Positions 34,767 to 45,188 are shown, counted from the stretch's first letter. The stretch is 59,759 bases of DNA from Kiritimatiellales bacterium (GCA_021734665.1 JAIPIN010000001.1:1-59759); one strand, 5' to 3'. Numbers and translations are program-made. The notes: a model not told the origin generated them from the letters alone.

Positions 34767-35936
34767 TTAGAGAGAACAAAATGGAATGATGTGATCAGAT
34801 GTAATGGAGTGGTGTGATTTTAGGAAGGAGCAGATGTCATCAAAGAACGTTACCGCAGTTACAATCACGAGATCTGCTTCCCTGTATCGCGGCGATGTAG
34901 CTTCGAGAATCGGTACTGGGCACGCAGGAACAAAGGTCCCTGCCTTGCTCTCATCACTGTCAAATAGAAGAATGTTTTCACAGTTAATATCTCCCAATGC
35001 AAACAGTGTATTCATTCCGTTACAAGCCCCATGAAAGGCAACTGTCTTTCCTTCAATTTGTGCCTTTTTTATAATATCTAATATGGGTTGCAGGCCATTG
35101 TTAAAGTTTGTAGCTGCAATTTCAAACAGCTCTCTGTCTATTTCCATCTGAAAATCCTGATGTATCGGCCTCCGACCTTTTTTTAGGACATAAAACAATG
35201 TATCAAGTTTTTTAACGAGTTTGAGGATTTCAAATCCTGCTTGTGTAATAAGATGATTCGCAGATGCCTCTGAGAAATAATTAATATGCTCAAAGCAGAG
35301 AGTGTTAATGTCGCCTCTGCGGAATTGCATTTCAATATCAGGGAATATGAGTACCGCCCTCGAATCCTTCGATCGTAGTATTTCATTTGCTTGTACAAGA
35401 AATCCAAAAGGATCGGCAACGTGTTCAATACAGTTCAGAGAAAGAATGAAATCTGGGTGCAAGTTCTCAGTATCTAGATCAAGGTCAAAATATTCACGAA
35501 TAACATTGATATGAGGATTATCAGGAGTAGCTTTCACACTTGGATCAACAATAAAGTACTCTCCTGCTTGGTCTTCATTCATAAATCTATTTGCCATATA
35601 AAGACTGCCAGCTCCAATTTCCATCATGGTCTTCCCTTGTAGGTAAGGCGCATGCTCTTTTGCAAAGTCATAGTACATATCTCCAAGCCAGTTGGCCCAA
35701 GTGGAAGAGCCGGGTGGTTTGGTTGGCATTGTGTATCCTGGATCGTTATATGCATCAACTATTTGCTGCTCTACCTCTGAATCCGAGCATTGCCGAATGA
35801 ACCCCTTCTCATCAAGCTTGAGCCGAAAAGGGTACATACGTTGCCCCCCTGGTCTATCACGTACGCCTTGCCATAGTGGAAATCTATCAAAACTGATTTC
35901 CGTTGTAATTTTCTCTGTTGTGCTAGATGAATTCAT
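34767..35936 (-). CDS. class I SAM-dependent methyltransferase with C-terminal C-methyltransferase-like domain
   Basis: MMEIGAGSLYMANRF (motif I), ILSLNCIEHVADP; extra ~150-aa C-terminal domain. Confidence 0.6.
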   Translation of the reverse strand: MNSSSTTEKITTEISFDRFPLWQGVRDRPGGQRMYPFRLKLDEKGFIRQCSDSEVEQQIVDAYNDPGYTMPTKPPGSSTWANWLGDMYYDFAKEHAPYLQGKTMMEIGAGSLYMANRFMNEDQAGEYFIVDPSVKATPDNPHINVIREYFDLDLDTENLHPDFILSLNCIEHVADPFGFLVQANEILRSKDSRAVLIFPDIEMQFRRGDINTLCFEHINYFSEASANHLITQAGFEILKLVKKLDTLFYVLKKGRRPIHQDFQMEIDRELFEIAATNFNNGLQPILDIIKKAQIEGKTVAFHGACNGMNTLFALGDINCENILLFDSDESKAGTFVPACPVPILEATSPRYREADLVIVTAVTFFDDICSFLKSHHSITSDHIIPFCSL

Positions 35937-36047
35937 TGGTGCAATTATTGCAGTTTGGAACCTCTGTGCAAGTCAAAAGAGCATTTTTCTCTTTTAGAAA
36001 AGGCAATTTTTATAACATGTTCGCAGGTTGTTTGATAGTCTAGTTTC

Positions 36048-37169
36048 ATGATAGTGCGCAAAAAGACAATTTTGTTTATAACCGGCACGCGTGCGGAATG
36101 GGGACTTTTTAGGTCTACTATTTTGCTACTAAAGAAAAGCAGCATTGTTACACCAAAAATATTGGTTACAGGTATGCATACTCAGCGCCAATTTGGCTAT
36201 ACTCTCGATGAGGTAAGAAGGGAGGTTAATGTGGATCATACAATCCCCATAGGAGAACATGATGATCAAGTAACAGCTCTGAGTAAGGAAATAGAAGGCA
36301 TTGGGAAGTATCTCAAGAAAAATCCAGTCGATGCATTGCTTGTTGTAGGAGACCGTGATGAGCCTTTTGCTGGTGCTGTAGTAGCAGTACATCTTGGTAT
36401 CCCAATTATTCACATTGCAGGAGGTGATGTTACTGGTCCTACTGTTGATCAATATTTGCGAAATGCGATTACCACATTTTCTAGTGTGCATTTAACGCAA
36501 ACGCCTCATAGTGCTTCCAATGTAAAGAAACTTGGTGCAGATCCACGTTGGACAAAAAATGTTGGCCCACCTGGTCTTGACCAGTTAAAACGAAGTGAGC
36601 TTTTTTCCAGAAAAGAAGTCGCTCGTCTTTGTTGTCTAGATGCTAAAAAGCAATGGTTTCTTGTGTCTATGCATCCAACAATTCTCGACAATACACCGAT
36701 ACTACAGCAGATTCGGTCAGTGCTTACGGCTATTAAGAAGATAAGTCCCGATGATGAAAAAATTCTTTTGTATCCAAATGCAGATGACGGATGCGATACT
36801 TTTATTGCTGAAATCGAAAAGATGCGGGAGAAGTCTAATTTCCATATTAATAGGCATCTTAAGCGAATGGATTATCTATCTCTTATGAAGGAGAGTGCCG
36901 CACTTATAGGCAATACTAGTTCTGGACTGATGGAAGCAGGATATCTTAAAGTTCCGTTTGTTTGCGTTGGCAATCGGCAGAAATATAGAGAGCATGGGTC
37001 AAATGTTCTCTTCGCAGATTATGATTCAGTTACAATTGAGAGAGAAATTACAAAGGCTTTGTCGTCCAAATTCCGAAAATCACTCACTCATTCCCAGTCG
37101 ATATATAAGGGTGGTGCAGTTGCAAAAAGAATAGCTAAGGCAATTGAACAATTTCTTCTAACTTTATAA
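36048..37169 (+). CDS. UDP-N-acetylglucosamine 2-epimerase, hydrolysing type (NeuC/LegG family)
   Basis: ILFITGTRAEWGLF N-terminus, VVGDRDE, HIAGGD motifs. Confidence 0.8.
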   Translation: MIVRKKTILFITGTRAEWGLFRSTILLLKKSSIVTPKILVTGMHTQRQFGYTLDEVRREVNVDHTIPIGEHDDQVTALSKEIEGIGKYLKKNPVDALLVVGDRDEPFAGAVVAVHLGIPIIHIAGGDVTGPTVDQYLRNAITTFSSVHLTQTPHSASNVKKLGADPRWTKNVGPPGLDQLKRSELFSRKEVARLCCLDAKKQWFLVSMHPTILDNTPILQQIRSVLTAIKKISPDDEKILLYPNADDGCDTFIAEIEKMREKSNFHINRHLKRMDYLSLMKESAALIGNTSSGLMEAGYLKVPFVCVGNRQKYREHGSNVLFADYDSVTIEREITKALSSKFRKSLTHSQSIYKGGAVAKRIAKAIEQFLLTL

Positions 37170-37170
37170 T

Positions 37171-38847
37171 ATGGATTCTATTCGACACACACTTTTTGAA
37201 GAAAATCACATTCATTCCATATTTAGTGATGGGGATAATTCCATCGAACAGTTATTGGAATATAATTTCTATCATGACCAGTTGGATCTCGTTATTTCCG
37301 ATCATGTTGATAAGAATACAGATTGGTTTTTCAGCTACATTGAAGAAATTAAAAAGCAGCGAAAACGTTATCCACAATTTACGACTAGTATCGGTTGTGA
37401 GGTAAAGATTCTAGAAGATGGAACACTCAATACTCGTGCGGATATCCTAGATTCTTCGGATGTTGTAATTGGAAGTGTGCATCATTTTTCGGATATTAAA
37501 ACAATGGGAAAAGAAGAGATGATTAAGAAAGAGTATGAACTTTCGATGATGATTGCAAGGCATCCAGATGTGGATGTGCTGGGGCATCCGTTTAGCATGT
37601 GTAATCGTTTTTACAAAGTCGCTCCTCCTATGAAATACGTGAAGGAAGTGTATGAATTGTGTAAAAAAAATGGCATTAAGTTCGAATGCAATTCCAGTCA
37701 GGCAATTGGTGCAGTTCGTGAATTAATAGAGAGCGAAGTCGCTGCAGGAAATACGCAATATCTTTCTTTTGGAAGCGATGTACATGAGCAAACGAGTGAG
37801 ATTGGAAATGCAGCTTTTGGGTTTGTATATCCACTCACTGTACTTGTGACTGGTGCAGGCGCAGGTGTCGGACAGAGCATCATCAAATCAATCAAGCTTT
37901 CTGCGGTTAATACCAGAATCATTTCTGTCGACATGAGTCCTCTTGCAGCTGGTTTGTACCGAAGCGATGCTGCGTATGTTGTCCCAAGTGTAACCGATCC
38001 AACATATATAAAAGTTTTACAGAGCATATGTATTTCGGAACATGTTGATCTTTTGCTAATTGGCACTGATGTTGAGCTTAATATATTCGCTCTAAACAAA
38101 GAGATTTTTGAACGAGACACAGGAACGCGAATTATTGTTAGCAATCTTGAGGCAATTGAAATTGCAGATGATAAATGGAAGACGATGGAGTTTCTTAAAT
38201 CTAATCATTTTCCTTTTATTCGTTCATCACTACCAGAAAATATAGATGACTTTCTGATTGAAGCTAAATTCCCAATTGTCCTCAAACCTCGATGTGGTGC
38301 CAGAGCCATTGGATTTGAGATAGTTAAAGATGAGGCAGCATTACGTTTTTTGTTGCAAACGCGCAAAGATTTCATTATTCAGGAATATCTGCCCGAAGAT
38401 AATGATGAGTACACCTGTGGAGCCTTTTTTTACGAAGGTGAATGCTATGGCGTTATTGTAATGAAGCGATGGTTGCGTGATGGAGATACGTACAAAGCCA
38501 TTGCTCGGCACGATCCTGAGCTGGAGGCATACATCGAACGGGTCGGAAAAGTTTTAAATATTGATGGGCCATGTAATTTTCAGCTGCGGAAATCTGGTGG
38601 AGAATATAAAATATTTGAAATCAATTGCCGTTTTTCTGGTACGACTGGTGCCGCGAGTGCTCTTGGATTCAATGTTGTAAATGCGCTTTTGCAGAAATTA
38701 TTCCTCGGTCGTTCACTGCATAGTTTGCCTTTCATAGAATCGTATGTATTTAGGTATTGGAATGAAGTGTTAGTTTCTTTTAACGATGTGGAGACTATGA
38801 CAAAGGGGCATAATGAACAGCCCAATTCTTCTCTTAATGAGATATAA
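37171..38847 (+). CDS. fusion protein: N-terminal PHP-family phosphoesterase + C-terminal ATP-grasp ligase
   Basis: PHP metal ligands HIHSIFSDGD, SDHVD, GCEV, GSVHH, LGHPF, FGSDVHE (aa 1-~210); then VLVTGAGAGVGQSIIKS pre-ATP-grasp and PIVLKPRCGARAIG, IIQEYL, NFQLR...IFEINCRFSG ATP-grasp motifs. Confidence 0.65.
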   Translation: MDSIRHTLFEENHIHSIFSDGDNSIEQLLEYNFYHDQLDLVISDHVDKNTDWFFSYIEEIKKQRKRYPQFTTSIGCEVKILEDGTLNTRADILDSSDVVIGSVHHFSDIKTMGKEEMIKKEYELSMMIARHPDVDVLGHPFSMCNRFYKVAPPMKYVKEVYELCKKNGIKFECNSSQAIGAVRELIESEVAAGNTQYLSFGSDVHEQTSEIGNAAFGFVYPLTVLVTGAGAGVGQSIIKSIKLSAVNTRIISVDMSPLAAGLYRSDAAYVVPSVTDPTYIKVLQSICISEHVDLLLIGTDVELNIFALNKEIFERDTGTRIIVSNLEAIEIADDKWKTMEFLKSNHFPFIRSSLPENIDDFLIEAKFPIVLKPRCGARAIGFEIVKDEAALRFLLQTRKDFIIQEYLPEDNDEYTCGAFFYEGECYGVIVMKRWLRDGDTYKAIARHDPELEAYIERVGKVLNIDGPCNFQLRKSGGEYKIFEINCRFSGTTGAASALGFNVVNALLQKLFLGRSLHSLPFIESYVFRYWNEVLVSFNDVETMTKGHNEQPNSSLNEI

Positions 38848-38858
38848 AAGATTTATGA

Positions 38859-39878
38859 TCACAAGAGGTATTCTTGGGTTAACACAGTACCAGCGGATAG
38901 ATCCTTAGATACTCTTTTCCCAATTGTTTCTACTAGGAATTTAGGAGCAAGCCCTGTTCCAGGTCGTTTTATGGCTAGCATATCTTGAGTCAATTTTTCA
39001 TCCTTTTTTACGGATTTCGTAAGTATAATGCTTCGTCTTGCGGTATCACGTGTATTGATCTCGCAAGGTTGGCATTGTTTTTCGTTCGTACCAAGTGCCT
39101 GTTCTATGATGCGAATGCTTTGCACCATATCTTTTAGCTCATCTGGTTCTAATGATGCTGCATGGTCAGGACCAGGATCATTCTTGTTTATAGTGAAGTG
39201 TTTCTCGATTATTCGTGCGCCAAGTGCTGCAGCCGCTATTGGCACTGCAATCCCATCTGTGTGATCAGAGTATCCTACAGGGACATTGAATTCCTCCTCA
39301 AGTGTTTTCATGGCTTTCAAATTTATCTGGTCCACTGGGGCTGGATAAGCACTAACGCAGTGGAGAAGGGCGTATGGCGTATTCTGTTTTTTGAATGGCG
39401 CTATTGCCTCTTTTATTTCTTCTAGTGAGGACATGCCAGTAGAAATTATTGAGAAGATCTTTAGCGTTGCAACTTGTTTGAGAAATGGCAAGTTTGTGAT
39501 TTCCCCTGAAGGGATCTTCATAGCCTTCACGTCGAGGTCAGCAAGAAAGCGTGCGGAGACAACATCAAAAGGAGTTGTTAAAAAATCCAGACCTTTTCTT
39601 TCTGCATAGTCTTTCAAATCATGAATATCGTCATGCGAGAGTAACAGATGCTTGAGCATTTCATGTTGATTCTCTTTTCCTGAGTGCCTCTGGTATTCTG
39701 CTAATGGCGTTTGCTCAGATACAATTTCATCCAGAATAAAGAGTTGAAATTTTACGGCATCTACGCCAGCTTCAGTTGCTTTGTCGATTAATTGGTAAGC
39801 CTTTTCCATCTTTCCGTCATGGTTTGGCCCAATTTCAGCAATAATATATGTGCAGTGTTTTGGTAGTGAGAAAGCCAT
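38859..39878 (-). CDS. N-acylneuraminate-type synthase (NeuB/LegI family) with SAF domain
   Basis: YIIAEIGPNHDGKMEKAYQLIDKATEAGVDAVKFQ, GYSDHT, IEKHFT motifs. Confidence 0.88.
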   Translation of the reverse strand: MAFSLPKHCTYIIAEIGPNHDGKMEKAYQLIDKATEAGVDAVKFQLFILDEIVSEQTPLAEYQRHSGKENQHEMLKHLLLSHDDIHDLKDYAERKGLDFLTTPFDVVSARFLADLDVKAMKIPSGEITNLPFLKQVATLKIFSIISTGMSSLEEIKEAIAPFKKQNTPYALLHCVSAYPAPVDQINLKAMKTLEEEFNVPVGYSDHTDGIAVPIAAAALGARIIEKHFTINKNDPGPDHAASLEPDELKDMVQSIRIIEQALGTNEKQCQPCEINTRDTARRSIILTKSVKKDEKLTQDMLAIKRPGTGLAPKFLVETIGKRVSKDLSAGTVLTQEYLL

Positions 39879-39994
39879 AATAGAAGATGTATTAATTTAT
39901 GGGGTTATTCTACCAATACAGAACTAAAAAAGCATCGATAACTTCTCTCATTAAGATAGTTGAAAGGGTATGTTCTGTCCTCTACTCTTCCAGT

Positions 39995-41254
39995 ATGAAC
40001 ATTCGTGAAACCAAGTATGGCCTTCCTGCTGAAGTTCGTTTTTGCAAGAAATGTGTTATTTCCAATCAGCGACCAAATTCTGCTGTTGAGTTTAAACATA
40101 CGTCTGCCTCTAAGAAAAAGACTATCCATTTTAGCGAGGAAGGAGTGTGTGATGCTTGCAGGTATATTGAGCAGAAAAAGAAAACTATCGATTGGGATGA
40201 ACGCGAGCAAGAACTGAAAGCGTTATGTGACCAACATCGAAAGGAAGATGGTTCCTATGATTGTTTGGTTCCGGGATCAGGTGGTAAGGATAGTTTTTTT
40301 GCAGCTCATAAACTCAAATATGAGTATGGTATGCATCCGCTTACAGTTACATGGTCTCCTCATATGTACACGCCTTGGGGATGGGATAATTTCCAGGCAT
40401 GGATACATGCTGGCTTTGATAATTATCTGCATACACCGAACGGCCGTGTGCACCGCCTACTCACTCGTCTAGCTGTGGAAAATCTATTCCATCCATTTCA
40501 GCCTTTTATGTTGGGGCAGAAGTTTTTAGCGCCTAAGCTTGCCGCACGTTTCAATATTCCATTAGTATTCTACGGTGAACTAGAGGCGGAGTATGGCAAT
40601 CCTATTGCAGATGCTGATAATGCTCAGCGCAATTGGTCATATTTTACGGATTCTGATCCGTCATCCATTTGTATTAGTGGCATATCCGTAAAGGAACTTA
40701 TGGAACGGTATTCTATTACACAAAATGATTTGCATACATATCTTCCTGCTGATCCATCTGAGCTTACAGCCAAAAAGATACAGGTTCACTATTTGGGTTA
40801 TTACCTGAATTGGCATCCTCAGGGTTGCTATTATTATTCTGTAGAGCACGGTGGGTTTCAGGCATCCCCAGAGCGTACACCTGGCACCTACAGTAAATAT
40901 AATAGTATTGATGATAAGATAGATGATCTGCACTATTTTACGACATGTATTAAGTTTGGCATTGGTCGTGCTACGTACGACGCTTCACAGGAGATACGGT
41001 CAGGAGAAATCACAAGAAAGGAAGGAGTTTCACTGGTGCACAGATTTGATGGTGAATACCCAGAGCGTTTTGAAAAAGACAACTTCGAATATCTTAGTAT
41101 CACAGAAAAAGAATTTGGGGCAGTGGCCAATGAATTTGAGCATCCTATTATGACACGTGATACATTCCTTAATCTCGCGGATAAGTTTCGCTCTCCTCAT
41201 CTTTGGAATAAGAATGAGCATGGAGCTTGGGAGTTGCGACATATGGTTAGCTGA
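39995..41254 (+). CDS. N-acetyl sugar amidotransferase (WbuX/PseA family, PP-loop ATPase); start moved to ATG 39995
   Basis: FCKKCVISNQRPNS ... CDAC zinc-ribbon-like N-terminus and PP-loop VPGSGGKDS. Confidence 0.8.
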   Translation: MNIRETKYGLPAEVRFCKKCVISNQRPNSAVEFKHTSASKKKTIHFSEEGVCDACRYIEQKKKTIDWDEREQELKALCDQHRKEDGSYDCLVPGSGGKDSFFAAHKLKYEYGMHPLTVTWSPHMYTPWGWDNFQAWIHAGFDNYLHTPNGRVHRLLTRLAVENLFHPFQPFMLGQKFLAPKLAARFNIPLVFYGELEAEYGNPIADADNAQRNWSYFTDSDPSSICISGISVKELMERYSITQNDLHTYLPADPSELTAKKIQVHYLGYYLNWHPQGCYYYSVEHGGFQASPERTPGTYSKYNSIDDKIDDLHYFTTCIKFGIGRATYDASQEIRSGEITRKEGVSLVHRFDGEYPERFEKDNFEYLSITEKEFGAVANEFEHPIMTRDTFLNLADKFRSPHLWNKNEHGAWELRHMVS

Positions 41255-41293
41255 TCTGCATAATGTTTCATTGCTTTCTTAATACACAAACTT

Positions 41294-42802
41294 TTATATA
41301 TTATCAGGGTAGCGAACGGCTTGTATTTCTTCTTTTAACTTCTCAATCTCTTTTACTATAGCTTTCCCCATTATTTGAGAATGTTCATTCTCTGATTTAT
41401 GTGTGATTTGTAGGCTCCATGGGTCAAGCACACCAGGTATGCACGTTTCCTCCATTGCTTTCATGAATAAATGTGAACTTAGGAGAGTAGGCTTTTCTCC
41501 TTGCTCGAAGATACTTTTTACCGCCTTTTCACAGTCCCGTTTTGAGCGTATAGGGAATATTCCTTTGGCACTTTGATAGTATCGTGAACCGAACAGGAAT
41601 ACTGCCTTTTCACGGAAAAGCGCCTCAAATCCTGCGGATCCAGTAACTGTTGCCACGGCCTGACAATTTTCTCGCAAGTCGAAGGTATTGATAGTTGTTG
41701 GAATCAAGCGGACTTTATCAAGCTCCAAAAATTCTTTATAGTACTCAATGCTGCGGTTAAGCCAATTACTCCTGTAAGGATGTTCTTTGATGTAAATTAG
41801 CATATTCTCTGGTAGAGAATCATTCAGTATGCGTGCAGCAAGAATAAGATCGGCAAATATGCCTCCCATAGGATGAGTAGTTGCCTCTGGCTGATAGTGA
41901 AGAGGAAAGTATACGAATGGTCGTTTTAGATCTGGTTCTACCGTGTTTTTCCTATAGAAATCATCTGTTTTTTTAACAAGTTGCCATCTTAAAATTGCCC
42001 AGTAGGCGCGCTTCCATCCTGTTGGAGCAAGATAAGCAAAAGCATTTTTTAGGAATGTTAGAGGCCGTTTCCTGAATAGTTTTTGTAGATGATCCCAATA
42101 GGTGAGTAGTGGAAATGATTCTATGGCCGGAGGTTGTCCTTTCTCACTAATAAGCCCCTTTTTGTATGATAAAAACGGTTCTCCTAATTGTATAGCATCA
42201 GAATTTTTGCCGGCGTACTCCTCAAGGAGCTCTTGGTATCGTGGCAATATCTGTGTGGCAGATTTTCTAATGTCATGTTCCGCAAAAGAGACATCGGGAA
42301 TTTCTGTTGTATTAAAGTACAAAATAGGAATACCACGGTGTTTGCATAGATAATAAATGACAATGTCTGGAATCTCATGTGGTACCCAAGCAGATAAAAA
42401 GAGATTAATCCTATGACGTATTATATAATCGTTCCAAAATTGCAAGTGGCGCAGGTACCATAGTTTGCGCTTTAGATATAGGATGCTTTGTTTGCGCTCC
42501 AGTCTGTAAATAAGAGACATGAACTCAGATTCGCAATCGTGCATTTGTACAATTAATTCCTCATCAAGTGGTGAGATGTCATTCCAGTCTATTCCTTTGT
42601 AATATGCATTGCGTGTCTCGCTCGAAGCAAACCATTCTTGAGATGAGGCAGGAATGCTACTAAAGGGGTCAGTTCGCTCTCCTCCAGAAATATGAGCACA
42701 AAATTCAAAAGGGTGCTCTTTCAATGCGTTTTCCAACGCATGACGAGAAAAGTTGAAGGAAAATCGTCCAACGATAGCTCTAATACGTGGATTGTTAGTC
42801 AT
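41294..42802 (-). CDS. capsule-polysaccharide-biosynthesis (KpsS/KpsC-like) family protein, putative ulosonate transferase, paralog 1
   Basis: 502 aa; FVYFPLHYQPEATT, IKEHP, TVTGSAGFEALF motifs shared with the 47376..48836 ORF; family assignment from memory, not verified. Confidence 0.45.
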   Translation of the reverse strand: MTNNPRIRAIVGRFSFNFSRHALENALKEHPFEFCAHISGGERTDPFSSIPASSQEWFASSETRNAYYKGIDWNDISPLDEELIVQMHDCESEFMSLIYRLERKQSILYLKRKLWYLRHLQFWNDYIIRHRINLFLSAWVPHEIPDIVIYYLCKHRGIPILYFNTTEIPDVSFAEHDIRKSATQILPRYQELLEEYAGKNSDAIQLGEPFLSYKKGLISEKGQPPAIESFPLLTYWDHLQKLFRKRPLTFLKNAFAYLAPTGWKRAYWAILRWQLVKKTDDFYRKNTVEPDLKRPFVYFPLHYQPEATTHPMGGIFADLILAARILNDSLPENMLIYIKEHPYRSNWLNRSIEYYKEFLELDKVRLIPTTINTFDLRENCQAVATVTGSAGFEALFREKAVFLFGSRYYQSAKGIFPIRSKRDCEKAVKSIFEQGEKPTLLSSHLFMKAMEETCIPGVLDPWSLQITHKSENEHSQIMGKAIVKEIEKLKEEIQAVRYPDNI

Positions 42803-42914
42803 AACCGTTTCATCCTACTATAATGGCTCTGATATAATAAAGAATATTCTTCTTTGTTCCAAAAAAGCCTGTTAGTATTTAGCTCCATACCCTCATATCA
42901 TTCCTTCTTTTTTC

Positions 42915-43691
42915 ATGGCATATTCTGATCTAGCTTGGTCTGCCGAACCTACCTACGGTGATGTCTTCTATGAGCGTGCAATTGGCAAGGCGCCGGAAAT
43001 GGAAAGTAGCAAAGCAACAGCTAAGCAGCTCAAAGGCTTAATTCAGGCAGATACGAAAGTACTGGATGTGGGTTGTGGTTCTGGTCATTATTTGCGTTCA
43101 TTGAGGCGTGAATATCCTGTTCCATTTTTTTATGAGGGAGCCGATATTACTCCGCATTATATTGATTTGGCGAAAAAGGCATATTCAGATGATTCGCATG
43201 CTAATTTCCAGGTTGCAAGTGTTGGCAAATTACCTTACGAATCCAAGAAATTTGATGTAGTTATCTGCTGTAATGTATTGCTGCATTTGCCAGATGTTGC
43301 TAGACCTTTGCAGGAACTTTGGCGTGTTACAAAAGGGACTTTACTTGTCCGTACACATATCGGCACAACCAATTTCCGTATCCAGCAGGTTCCGGAGCCA
43401 GAGACCTATAGTGGAAAGATGGATCCTGTTTTTAAGCCGAATGGAGAACCAAGAGAACGTCATTTTTATAATATTTATTCCGAGAAATATATTAAGTGGC
43501 TTTTTAATACTTTTGATGATGTAGCAGATGTTTCAATACAGCGTGATGAAGATTTTGATCCAACTGCATTAGGATCTTCTCAGTGGCCCGAGGATAAGAA
43601 ACCATCCGATCTAACGGAGGTATGGCATGGTTGGCAGATTCATCATTATATTCTTCAGCCGTGGAGCTTTCTACGTGTCACCCGCAAATAG
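42915..43691 (+). CDS. class I SAM-dependent methyltransferase
   Basis: VLDVGCGSGHYLRSL (motif I), FDVVICCNVLLHLPD. Confidence 0.7.
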   Translation: MAYSDLAWSAEPTYGDVFYERAIGKAPEMESSKATAKQLKGLIQADTKVLDVGCGSGHYLRSLRREYPVPFFYEGADITPHYIDLAKKAYSDDSHANFQVASVGKLPYESKKFDVVICCNVLLHLPDVARPLQELWRVTKGTLLVRTHIGTTNFRIQQVPEPETYSGKMDPVFKPNGEPRERHFYNIYSEKYIKWLFNTFDDVADVSIQRDEDFDPTALGSSQWPEDKKPSDLTEVWHGWQIHHYILQPWSFLRVTRK

Positions 43692-43692
43692 A

Positions 43693-44322
43693 CTACTTGA
43701 TAGCAAGAAAATTCTGGATGATCCGTAAGCCGTGTTCTCCACTTTTTTCCGGATGGAATTGGCAGCCATATATATTGCCTATTTGGATTACTGAAGGGAA
43801 TGTGCATCCACCGTATTCTGTGAGTGCCAATACTGATTCGCTGTCACTTGGTTGCAGAATATAAGAGTGTACAAAATACATTTCCGGATCTTTGGGAAGA
43901 TTATCCAAAATGGTTCCTTGCCAGTCTTTTTGCGTAGCTGGTTCGACAGTATTCCATCCTATATGGGGTGTTTTACGGTTTTCTATAAGTTCTGGAAAAT
44001 GTAGAACGCTTCCTTGTATAATATCTAAACCTTTATGTTCTCCAAATTCCCTGCCACTTGTCAGTAAGAGCTGTGCTCCAAGGCAGATGCCCAACAGTGG
44101 CTTTTCTTCTGCGACATGCTTTAGCACCACATCAATAAGCCCACGGATTCTCAATCCATCCATCCCTGCTTGAAATGATCCAACACCGGGAAGGACAAGG
44201 GCATCATAAGAACCAATTTCTTCCGGATCTTCCGATACAGTCACTTGCGCATCAAGGTGCCTAAAAGCTTTTTCAACACTAAATAAATTTCCAACGCCGT
44301 AGTCAACAATACAAATACGCAT
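43693..44322 (-). CDS. glutamine amidotransferase, HisH-like (WbuY-type partner of the sugar amidotransferase)
   Basis: MRICIVDYGVGNLFSV, GICLGAQLL (catalytic Cys), GCQFHPEKS. Confidence 0.85.
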   Translation of the reverse strand: MRICIVDYGVGNLFSVEKAFRHLDAQVTVSEDPEEIGSYDALVLPGVGSFQAGMDGLRIRGLIDVVLKHVAEEKPLLGICLGAQLLLTSGREFGEHKGLDIIQGSVLHFPELIENRKTPHIGWNTVEPATQKDWQGTILDNLPKDPEMYFVHSYILQPSDSESVLALTEYGGCTFPSVIQIGNIYGCQFHPEKSGEHGLRIIQNFLAIK

Positions 44323-45080
44323 CAGATTCGCATGGGGAAATTGGCATTATGAAGATATTTTTTCAAATCATGAATGCTGTATTCATCGTAATGCAGTACG
44401 GTTGCCATGGCTATGCCATCAATTTTATTCTTTTGCAGGGCACTTTTTACTGAATCCATGCTTCCCGCTCCTCCGCAGGCGATAACTGGTATCGGGGAAA
44501 TCGATTCAATTTCCTGTATCAATGCATTGTCGTATCCCTTTCTTGTCCCGTCATTATCCACTGATGTAATCAATATCTCTCCTATACCAAAAGACAGTGC
44601 TTTTTTTGTCCATTCCATTACTTCCAATCCCGTGTGTTCTCGCCCACCGTCCGTATAGACTTCCCATGTACCCTCAGGGCTCTTTTTTGCTTCAATAGAG
44701 AGAACGATGCATTGTGATCCAAATTGGCGCACAGCGTCTTTTAGCATCTCTGGATGCCGTACTGCGAATGTATTAATTGCAACTTTGTCTGCGCCTGCAT
44801 GCAGTACGTTATTAATATCGTGAATTGATTGGATTCCTCCTCCTACTGTTAAAGGTATGAATATTTCTCTTGCAACAGATTTTACTAGGCCCACGTCGAT
44901 CCCTCGTCCATACAAGCTTGCCACAATATCCATGTATAGCATCTCATCTGCTCCTGCATTGTAATACCGTTTGGCAATCTCTGGAGGATGCCCAATCACC
45001 TTCAATCCTTCCATATGAATTCCTTTCACAACATTTGGCCCTTTAATGTCTAAACGAGGAATAATTCTGATTTTCTTCAT
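44322..45080 (-). CDS. HisF-like cyclase subunit (WbuZ-type)
   Basis: RIIPRLDIKG, PLTVGGGI, ACGGAG motifs of imidazole glycerol phosphate synthase HisF family; TGATG overlap with the hisH-like start. Confidence 0.85.
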   Translation of the reverse strand: MKKIRIIPRLDIKGPNVVKGIHMEGLKVIGHPPEIAKRYYNAGADEMLYMDIVASLYGRGIDVGLVKSVAREIFIPLTVGGGIQSIHDINNVLHAGADKVAINTFAVRHPEMLKDAVRQFGSQCIVLSIEAKKSPEGTWEVYTDGGREHTGLEVMEWTKKALSFGIGEILITSVDNDGTRKGYDNALIQEIESISPIPVIACGGAGSMDSVKSALQKNKIDGIAMATVLHYDEYSIHDLKKYLHNANFPMRI

Positions 45081-45188
45081 AAATCTTTTAATGATGGTAT
45101 TGTCATTCTATATACTCTTTTCCTTCAATGAAACGTTACAGGTAATCTATTCGCATAATGTGCATGGCTTAGATTAAACTATATTATA

